NCBI GenBank assembly: GCA_000165425.1
Contig: CT868038.1
Span: 62,001-126,000, forward strand
Source: Paramecium tetraurelia
Lineage: Eukaryota
DNA: 64,000 nucleotides
Direction of reading: 5' to 3'
A program made the position numbers and the translations under genes. Shown piece by piece: positions 54,563-64,000 of the stretch. The notes beneath the pieces are model-generated. The model made no database searches and had not been told where the DNA came from. It saw only the letters and a program-made list of their open reading frames with translations. How positions within the stretch are numbered: the first letter of the stretch is position 1; each line of letters begins with the position of its first letter.

Positions 54563-55541
54563 ATGTAATCCCCAACTCGTATCATTGACGGTTTATTTAT
54601 TGGAGATTAGAGTGCAGCACATGTAAGAGATTTTTATAACTTAAGGATCTTGAATTCTTGATAACGAATAAAATTACAAAAGTTATTAATTGCGCTGGAA
54701 AGTAAATACCAAATCATTGGGAATCAATTGGCATAGAATACTTAACTTATGGTTGGATTGAAAGTGATAATCAGTTTGCAATTGACCATTCTCGTTGTTT
54801 TTCATTTATAAATGATAACCTAGAAGCAGGAGAAGCTGTTTTAGTTCACTCAATTAAAGCTCTCAATCGATCTGTTTTTGTGATTGCTGTATTTTTGATG
54901 AGGAAGTATCATTATTTTATTCACAGAATCTAGATTTAAATGGACCTTGTAAAAAACCCTTTAGTATGTGTAAAACCTAAAAAATAATAATGATATCAAG
55001 TAAAATGTGATGCAGCAACTTGTGAATTTTGAAAAATGGCTGCAAATCAATAAACTGAGTAACAATTGGGACTCTACTCAAAATTAAGATGAGGTTGTAG
55101 CAAGAAACACTTATCTTAATAGTTAAAAACCTTAGGAATGTGAACCAAGACTAAAAAAGGAAGTAGGCTCTAAAAAAGTTCATTGGAATAAAATCATCGT
55201 ATCCCAATATATCCCTCCTTATTTCTAAATGTAAATCAATTTTGCTATCTTTAAGCTAATTCAAAAATCTATCAAAATTTTAACCTGAACCTTCAACTTA
55301 AGTTTAAAACTAGAATACATAACTTCCAACCAAGCTGAGAAGACAAACAACTGACAATTGGATGAATAAGAAACTTCCTTTGAATTAAGTTAATGATGAT
55401 AAAAAGATCAATCTTTTTTGCATAAAATCTGATAGACAATAAATAAAACCTTTATTAAGACCAGGAACAGCTCCATAAAAAAGACTTATCAAAAATAAAT
55501 GGCAATCATAATCCCATAGAGTCTTAGTTAAATAGGCATGA
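54563..55541 (+). CDS. Dual-specificity phosphatase-fold protein, catalytic Cys replaced by Ser
   Basis: PTRIIDGLFIGDQSAA, KITKVINCA, AVLVHSIKALNRS..IAVFLMRK. Confidence 0.85.
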
Positions 55542-55570
55542 TTAAAATATAAACAATCTTTTTTATATAC

Positions 55571-56236
55571 TCAAGCTTATTTTCTATTCACTTTGGGAGT
55601 ACTCAAAGGCACTACATTAAAGAATAAGTCTGGTCTTAAATCTTAAGGAGGTTACTATAAGATAATAAGAGGTTATTACATTTTTTAATGGTTTCTTTTC
55701 AAATTATATTGCTTATCCTGAGCTGAATATGTTTTATTAAGGTGCTTATTTATACCCTTTAGTAGCTTTATTAGTGCTTTTTTTAATTGTCCTTTCCTCT
55801 TCTTCAACTCTTATTCTTGTTTCTACCATGATATCTTTAAATAATTCATAGTCAAATAATGAAGCTAAAGTTTCATTTATTGCCTCATCTAAAGGAAGGG
55901 ATTACAATTTCTCAAGAGTAAATTCAACTTTAAGTTTCTAAATTCAATCAAGCATTAAAATTACTTCGTTCAAATATAACTAAATAGCACTTTAATATAA
56001 TTTAAATATTTCTCGGTATTCCTTTTGTTCTGTCTCATCGAAAACTAAGCATTTCTCTCTTAAGAAGTCTTAAGATAATTTTTCAAAATCCTCTGATATA
56101 AGAATCTCTTGTAATTATGAAACTAATTAGTCGTCTTAATCATCATTGTTGTCTATGTGTTAAGAATACATATACAGTTTTCAAAATTGAGTTCATCATT
56201 CTCTATGTCTATGGCATTTTCGAGATTTTGGTTCAT
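55571..56236 (-). CDS. BART-domain protein (ARL2BP/CFAP36-like)
   Basis: LQEILISEDFEKLSQDFLREKCLVFDETEQKEYREIFKLY...LASLFDYELFKDIMV. Confidence 0.75.
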
Positions 56237-56290
56237 TTTATTTTAATTAAGATTTATAAATGTACTATATGTGTATTATACTTATCACAT

Positions 56291-57648
56291 TCATAGAGCT
56301 GGGAAATCTTTATCGTCTAATTGAAATCCTTGTTCCTACATAATTTAAAATTAAATTTACTTGTTTTCTTTATATTGGCTTCTGTTCTTATCTATCACCT
56401 CCTCTTCTAGACTTTTCACCTCTTTCTTAATCTCTGGTGTTATTGTCTCTATTTTATCTGTCTCCTTTATATTATCTGTCTCCTTTATATTCTCTATCTC
56501 CTTTATATTATCTATCTCCTTTATCTTATCTATCTCCTTTATATTATCTATCCCCTCTGTCTTATCCATCGCCTCTGTCTTATCCATCTCCTCTATTTTA
56601 TCTTTCTCCTCTATTTTGTCTATCTCCTTTATATTATCTGTCCCCTCTGTCTTATCCATCTCCTCTATCTTATCCATCTCCTCTATTTTATCCATCACCT
56701 CTTTCTTATCTGTCTCCTCTTTCTTATCTATCTCCCTTGTATTGTCTATCTCCTTTATATTATCTATCTCCTTTGTATTGTCTATCTCCTCTATATTACT
56801 TTTCTCCTCTATCTTATCTTTCTTCTCTTTATTATCCTTAGTCTTATTGTTTTTCTTATCTTTCACCTTTTCCTTCTTGTTCTTCACCTTATTATTATTA
56901 TTATTTTTATTAATATTATGAAGTTTATTCATATTATCTTCTTTCCCCTCTTCTTTCACCTGTTCTTTCATTCTTTTCTTGGGTTTAATTAGTAAATCCC
57001 AAATACTCAGCAGCTTAAGGATTCAATTCAGATTTGTATGTTGATTATTATTATTATTTTTGTTTTTTTTATTTTTATTCTTGTTCTCTCTTTTCGTCTT
57101 CTCTAGTTTTCATGACAAAGAGTTTTTCCTTCTTCAAAGCCTCTTCATCAAGCTTCTTTGGAACTTATTGTTTGACTTCAACTTATTTTAGTACTTCCTC
57201 AACATTCTGAATATAATATTTAAATTGATACAGCGCCTCTTTATTAGTAATAATCAGCAAGTGTTTTTTCTGGGGCTGGTGGTTAAACAGGTTGAGTTGT
57301 CTACTCAGCCTTGACTTCTTAATGGCCATCACCTGTCTTTTTTTCTTTTGCCACATATTTTTCCTCGTGAAGGTCATCTTTGTAATTGCCCCAATTATTT
57401 CTGCCTCCACCTTCTTTTCTTTATTCTTTGCCTCTTCCTGTGCCTGATTGTCTATCCTTTGGATGAGGCTCAGCAGGGACTCCCTTGGTCTTAGGAGCGG
57501 GATTGTGATGTTGAGTATTTTCTTTTGCTACTTATTCGGCAGGGATAACCTACTCGTTATTGGTGTGTTTTTTATTCTTTTTTTGTGGTTATTCTGGAGC
57601 CTCTTCATTATCGGAGAAGGTGAGAGCGTTGAACAAATTATTACTCAT
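56291..57648 (-). CDS. Stm1/SERBP1 (HABP4) family ribosome/RNA-binding protein with RGD hexapeptide repeats
   Basis: MSNNLFNAL, DRQSGTGRGKEQRKEGGGRNNWG, KTLADYY, C-terminal DDKDFPAL*. Confidence 0.88.
56450..56830. repeat. 18-bp coding minisatellite, about 21 copies
   Basis: Units such as ctatctcctttatattat and ccatctcctctatcttat encode [KR]GD[RG]Q[YDNE]. Confidence 0.9.
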
Positions 57649-58053
57649 AAAGATTTAAAAAAATATTTAATGTTTTCATTTTAATTAACCTGACCAGGAG
57701 TTAAATTAATTTAGAATTAAAACATTGAATACTATTTTCCTATATTCAAAATATAAAAAATTACGATATTTTATCTAATAACTCCTCTATGGACAATTCT
57801 CAATTTGAAAAGACAATGAAAGGGTAACATTATGGAATCTCAAATGAAACTTGAAAGATATTCTATAATTGATATTAACAATATGATTTATGCTCAGATG
57901 TTGGTTGGTAATCTTATATCTTTCTTTAGCTAAGAGAGCCAACCAAAGTAAGATATTTTTAACTTATACTGACTACATATTAATATAAATATTTATAGTT
58001 TATAAATAAGTATAATCATCTCTATCTTATTGAACAAATTAATAAATTAATTA

Positions 58054-58386
58054 ATGGGTTGCTGCTAAAATCTTCGTCTTTAAGAAACTGAAACCATTGC
58101 AATCCCTCAATTAAGTATCAAATAAGAATTCACTCCAAAAACTTTATAAATGGAGCCCTTCTCCTTAAATTTGATTAAGGGAGATATCGATTGCATAGAG
58201 AGGCTAGGGAGCACTTGCGTCGATAATATTTTAGGAGAGAAATAACTTAGTAGAGTAGATAGATAATAAAGTGAATAAATAAAAGGAGAAGTCATAATTG
58301 ATCTGAGGTAGGCTCAAAGTCCATCTCTGTTGATCAAGGATCGAAGCAGTAGAAATCTTAACAATAAATTTATAGGGATGCTATGA
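58054..58386 (+). CDS. 110-aa protein with N-terminal MGCC acylation motif
   Basis: Intronless MGCCQNLRLQETETIAIPQL...KFIGML*. Confidence 0.7.
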
Positions 58387-58615
58387 CTTAAGTTTATATA
58401 TATATATATATTAAAATATAAATATAGAACATTTCAAATTTTAACATTAAATACTATAACAAAATGTCAAGGCTAAACTAATTAATAATGATCAATAAAA
58501 ATTTATACTATTTTTACAATTTAATTACTTGATAAGTGTGGGTATGAAGTAAAAACATCTAAGTGAAATATAATTTTTTTTTCTAAAATTATATTTGAAA
58601 TTAAAAATAAGAAAG

Positions 58616-60207
58616 ATGAAAAATAGAGTGGGTTATAATAACCAAATCATATCGAAATTACTTATGAGTATTTTATTGTTTTCTTCAATCAATATTGCCA
58701 AAAGTGAAGATACACTAACTTTTTCAACACTTTAGAGAAATAAATTATATGTTATTAGATATAATAAAGTTTGTATCTCTAGGTTAGACAGGTTTTATTG
58801 GCAACAACCTTGTACTCAATTCTATAACTAATTTTAATAATTTAATTGAATTTGTAATATATAATCAAAAGCATAATTTTGAAATCTAATTTTATCTTTT
58901 TTAAGAGGGCAGAATATTGAACTTCCTCAAATATCAATATTTTGAGACTGATATGGTAAGGAATTATGTAGGATGGTTACACATAAAGCAACATATCAAA
59001 TTGAAATTTAGTCTCCTAATATACCCCTATTTCTCTTTAAATTTACGGTATTGACTTAGAAGATATCATTAGCAAACAAAATAGTAGATAATCGTGCAAG
59101 TAGCTGAATCAAAAGTTCATTGAAATACTTTGATTAAACTTTTAATAAAAAATTATGCTTAAACTAAATTAACAGATACTTATAAGAAGTACCCATGCCA
59201 ATTGTAACTCGACTTTTTAATAATTAATTCATCAGGACTCCTCTTAAAAATTTCAGATAACATAAAATAATAGAAAAAAATCATCTGAACATATCATATA
59301 GAAATAAAACCTTAAAGCTCAAAATTAGTTCCAGGAAAGAAAGAAACAGAATTCAATTCCAGATATTTTATACGTCTAAAACAGCTTTATAAAATGTCAC
59401 ACTCAAACTTATAATGAACCAGATAATAAGGATTACGAAATCTAATCCAAAAAACTAAAGACATATCAGAATTTGGATATCTCTCCAAAAAGAATAAGTC
59501 AAGATGCTTCACCTTTATAAAACATTCTCATTAATAGAAAAAGAACTTGTGTGAGTGAAAATAAAAAAGGATTATTCAAAGAGAATGAATTACAAAAAAA
59601 ACCGAGATAAAAGGTTCCTAATCATTTACAGATATTTAATCAGGATTTTGATTAACCATCAAATAGAATTACTTTTTAAGCCTCTAGCTATATTGATGAT
59701 GAAAAATTGATTCTCAAATCAATTGAAACTCCAGGCACAGCTTAGTTTATGTAATCAAATAAGGATGATAATTTTGTATATCTGAATGAGAATGTGTATT
59801 AAAATACTGAAAATTATGCAGATTAGTAAATTTATTAACGTAAGCTATCTTGTTAAGAGGAAACTTTTATGCCTGTTTAAAAAACTGTTCAGACCAAAAA
59901 GCCTTACTTCTAATCTAAGAAAGGGAATTAAGATCATTAAAGTAAGCTAGAGTGTAGAAAAATTATGACTATTTTAGATACATAATAGGATCGAATCTTT
60001 GAATCAATTGGACTGAACTCTAGTGAAATTCGCTATTCTCCAAGAAGTGATGGATTGAATAAGACTCTAAAGTGTGATGAACAAACCAAGAAAAACGACG
60101 AATTCATCTAATACAAATAGATTTAATCTAAAAAGAATGTTATTAAAGATGAAAATCAACCATATTGGAAATTAAGAGAAGTGAGTCATTCCAAAAAGAA
60201 AGGATGA
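58616..60207 (+). CDS. Hypothetical protein
   Basis: Long Gln/Lys/Asn-rich frames ending VSHSKKKG*; start uncertain. Confidence 0.5.
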
Positions 60208-60245
60208 TGTAATTATAAATATATTCTCTTTATATCTTATAGTAA

Positions 60246-61472
60246 TCAGAGAATGCTACTTCTATTTGTATTGCCTTAATTTAATTTTAAATGACCCTTT
60301 GTTTTTTCGAAATGATCCTGAAAAACAAATGCTTCTTACAACAGCATTTCAAGCTGTACTTCTGTCCATTCTTTAGTGGGTAAATTCTATAAAAATATGA
60401 CTGCTTCACTCATATTCTTTGATTTGATCTACATTTACTTTTAAATTTACTTCAGGTGCACATTTCAGAATTAAGTTTGTTACAGTATACACATGTAAAT
60501 TGGCCATCTCATCTCCTTCAGCCAAATATGTATCCAATAATCTGATGGTTAAAGATAAAGGGAACTCTCTTATTAATAGGCATAACACCCATCTAAAGGC
60601 GAAGTGATTCAAGTCTATTTACTGATCTTCAAAATATTGAAATAAGGGAAAATCGAGCTTAATATTATTCAAGATTCTTACTATTTTGATCAATTCCCTG
60701 ATTTTTACATATGCTTCCTAAACTCCTGGTTGATTAGCAGTGAAATAATCTTAAATATTTTCGATTATTTTGCAGAGACACCAATAGATATCAGCTTCAA
60801 TATCAATCAAGATGTCTTCTGGTAATTTGTCAAAATTAGAAGGAACATCAAAAGAACTGAAATCTATTGGAACATATTCATTCAAGAATACTACAACTAA
60901 AGGAGATGCCACATCATTTATGCCCTAAACATAACCACTCATTGGATGTCGCATATTCCATATAAACAACAGCCTCTTAAACATCTCTTGTATCCTTGGA
61001 TCTCTGAAAAGCTTATAATCGGGCTGAGTTCTCAATACATCATTTTATATGATCTTTATGATTTTCCTCTCGTTTTCATCCCTTTCTTGCTCGTTCATAT
61101 GTTAGTAGTAATTCTTAATGTATTGTTAATAATCTTATCTTTTCTTTTACAAAATAGTTGTCTGACTCATGTGATTGGGAGGAATGTACTTTACTATCAG
61201 TTTCCATACTTTTGCTCTATATTCTAAATATATATATCTAAATCAATACCATTAGGTATTCCTCTCCAAGTGAGTTTTTTAAGAGCTTCCAAATCAATTA
61301 TTTGCTATTCAAGTACAAGTTCAAATTGCTCTAATTTTTTTTAATCTTGGATAGTTGAGGTAATTTATTTTTTTTGAAATGGCGATTTATTATAAATTTC
61401 ATTTAGGTTAGTCTTATATAGAGAACTTTGAGAATCGGTTTTTTAGCCAAAAAATTTCTTTAAAAATGCCAT
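60246..61472 (-). CDS. TBC Rab-GAP, Gyp1/TBC1D22-like
   Basis: LKKLTWRGIP, IQNDVLRT, HPMSGYVQGINDVASP, IEADIYWC, FAFRWVLCLLIREF. Confidence 0.92.
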
Positions 61473-61680
61473 TATTCAATTATATATTGAATTTATTAAA
61501 ACAATGATTGCATCAATGATTTTAATAAATTACTATACTTTAACAATCAATTGTGTCAATCCCAGAAATGATTTGATTAAGTTGGCAAAATAGAATTGAT
61601 AAAATGATATGAACTTATTTATAAGTTATATAACACAATAAGAGATAGAATGAATCTTCATTATTATAATAAAAATTTGG

Positions 61681-63450
61681 TCAAATCAATTAGGAATATT
61701 GCATCAAGCTTTTTTCTAATTGGTGAACAAGATTTCTATAATGATAGTCAGAAATAATACCCCATAGATTTGTTATCTGCCTGGTTGACAGAAACTAAAC
61801 TACGATCTAGATTTTCATTCTCTTATTTGAGTTTTCGTTGCAATTCTTATTAAGCCTTTCTAACCAATTCCATGGAGAGTTTTTCTAAATCCTTTTGCTC
61901 ATTCAATTATTGACTGTCTTTTATAACTTATTTAAATCTTAAATCTTTAAGCCTTTCTTATCTCTAATAGTTTTCAATTAAATCTTGTTATTTAATTTTC
62001 AATTTTTCTTTTCTTAAATTCTTTTAATAATCGTATTCATCCTTTCTCCTATTGCTCAATTGATCTTAATCTAAGAACTTTTTTTCTAGATTTGTAACTC
62101 TTTATAGTTAAAGAGATTAAATTCTATTCAAAGTATCTTAGGCCTTTTTGCGTTTGGTAAGTTCTTCTTTAACTTTGGCTTATTCACTCATTTACTTTTA
62201 TTTTTCTAACGCTAAAATATGTAAATGATAGAGTATACCTTATAGATCCTTATCTTTATTAAACATTTTTTCAACAACTTTTTGTATAGTATCTGCTTCC
62301 TTTTGTTAAGTTTATAATTTAATTTTTCTCAATTTCTCGTCATAATGAGAACTTCTCATGGTTAATTTCTCTAACTTGCTTTCCCATGTAAACCTCTCTT
62401 TATTGGAATTGCATTCATTTTCTAAATAATATAGAGAATAGAATTACATTTAACTTACAAGTTACTTAGAGTTTGTGTCATTTTTTCTTCCATAAATTGA
62501 TCATATTTTCTTTTGTTTGCTTTTACAGTTTCAAATTTTTATCTTAATGCTTTATCGTGTTCTTCAATCTCCTTTTTCTTTATTTGATCATCAAATTATA
62601 ATTTTCTTCCTAATTCTTCAAATCTTTCTAATTATCTCTTTCTTTCATCAATTTATTTCAGATTAAACTGTTTTTCTTTGTTTTTTATATCATTAAATTT
62701 CTTTTAGGCTGCATCTGATTTCTTTTTTTTCTTCAATAATTTTTCTTTTGTAATTCTTTCCTTTAATTCAGCAATCTTTTTTTCTCTTTCTTCCATCTCT
62801 TATTACAATAGATGTCTCTTCTTTTCGTTCTCCAACTGATGATGGACTTCCTTAGCTTTAACTCCAAGCGCTCTTTGATATTTTCTGATTTCTTTTTCCA
62901 ATTATTCCTCTAAAACCAGAACTGGATCTTCTTCATCAAAGGATTCATAGGAATCAGCATTCTCCTCTTCATTTATCTTCAGGTTAACCATCTTTTTATT
63001 GTAGGTTTCGATCAAATCGTTGACTAAACTAAAAAGTGTATATGTATAATTTGAAGATACCCCTCATCTCGATGGAATGATTTTTCTAATTAAATATTTT
63101 GTAACCCTTTGTTCTTCTTGGTGATTTACTTCCTCTTTAGTGAGATCTCCTTGAATGTAACTGTCGATTAAGATGGAGAATATACTTTCCATTTTTTTTA
63201 CATAATGATCAAATCTCATTTTTTGAACTGCTTCAGTGACATCTGGTCCACCAAACTCCTCCAATTTTCTTAATAAGATGTCACAATACTTGAGTTTGAA
63301 GATCGAGGAATCATAACCCAAGGCGAGACATGCCTCTCTGGTTTTGGGACTGTCAGGTCTTATATTCAACCCCTTTTTGGTGTAACTAAACACAGTGGCT
63401 CTCCTGGGTGCAGCAACTCGACTACTGAGTTAGTGCAAGTGCATTTTCAT
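61681..63450 (-). CDS. Long charged coiled-coil protein
   Basis: MKMHLHQLSSRVAAPRRATVFSYTKKGLNIRPDSPKTREACLALG..., then E/K/Q/R-rich helix; ends LMQYSQLI*. Confidence 0.7.
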
Positions 63451-63468
63451 TTAAATTCATATTAATTA

Positions 63469-64000
63469 ATGTCTGAATCACCATCATTAATCACACCACT
63501 ATTACAACAATATCAAGTAGAATTGCAGGCAAGGTTGAATGAGTGCTTTGAAAACAATGAAGTCAAGGGAATGCTGCAATTAATAGATTAATTGGGACAG
63601 GATATAAAGGATGAGCCACAACTCTAAGATCTGCTGAATCTGCAATTATTGAGGAAATTGATGAAGCATCTCTCCTCCACCAATCCTCAACAGGTGAGGA
63701 GTTCAGTAATCATACTGGATGCAATAATGCAACGGAAAATCATAGCCAACAGACTTCTCCATCAAAGAGGTGCCGAAAGAACCATGGTGGATCTAGCAAA
63801 TAGTTTATTGAACTTACAATAATAATTGCGACATACTTCTTTAGAATTGCACATCGATGATCTCCTCATTGGTTTATAGGTCAAATATGTCGACAAGAAA
63901 TAGACAGACTTGAGCGTATTGAAATTGGCCTTGAAATAATTCCAAGATAATAACAATCTGTTCATCAAGCAATTGCAAATAATCTTATCCTCTTGTGAAA
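63469..64000 (+). CDS. Helical (ARM-like) hypothetical protein, truncated by the window end
   Basis: MSESPSLITPLLQQYQVELQARLNECF... open to the end of the window. Confidence 0.7.

Noticed and set aside
56357..56971. Three overlapping repeat ORFs (EIDNIK, ISFILS, LSPLYY)
   Set aside because: These are off-frame or antisense readings of the 18-bp repeat; the frame continuous with the Stm1 motifs gives RGDRQY.

Overview
AT-rich, very gene-dense eukaryotic DNA with the hallmarks of a ciliate macronuclear chromosome, most likely Paramecium. TAA/TAG are read as Gln, TGA is the only stop, introns are tiny (about 20-30 nt, GT..AG) and intergenic spacers are often only 10-70 nt. The supplied standard-code ORF track is therefore mostly fragments or spurious antisense ORFs. 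Manual re-translation in the ciliate code gives about 50 protein genes and one tRNA-Gly(GCC). Recognisable genes: LYRM7-like, OTU+SEC-C deubiquitinase, LRR protein, MFS transporter, B9D2, ceramide synthase, carboxypeptidase Q, PEX4, two TBC Rab-GAPs, PITAIRE CDK, M17 aminopeptidase, centrin-like, a divergent cpn60, BTB, LYAR, CstF64-like, an MT-A70 methyltransferase with four ZZ fingers, an atypical Rab, USP47-like, CDC7, PLD-type cardiolipin synthase, COX10, a DSP pseudophosphatase, a BART protein and Stm1/SERBP1-like. Highlights are the AMT2/5-like candidate DNA 6mA methyltransferase, an ATGA stop/start overlap between BTB and cpn60, a cluster of homopolymer frameshifts in the USP gene, 17-18 bp head-to-head spacers and several microproteins. 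All calls come from manual reading without database searches. Ends of hypothetical genes are approximate.
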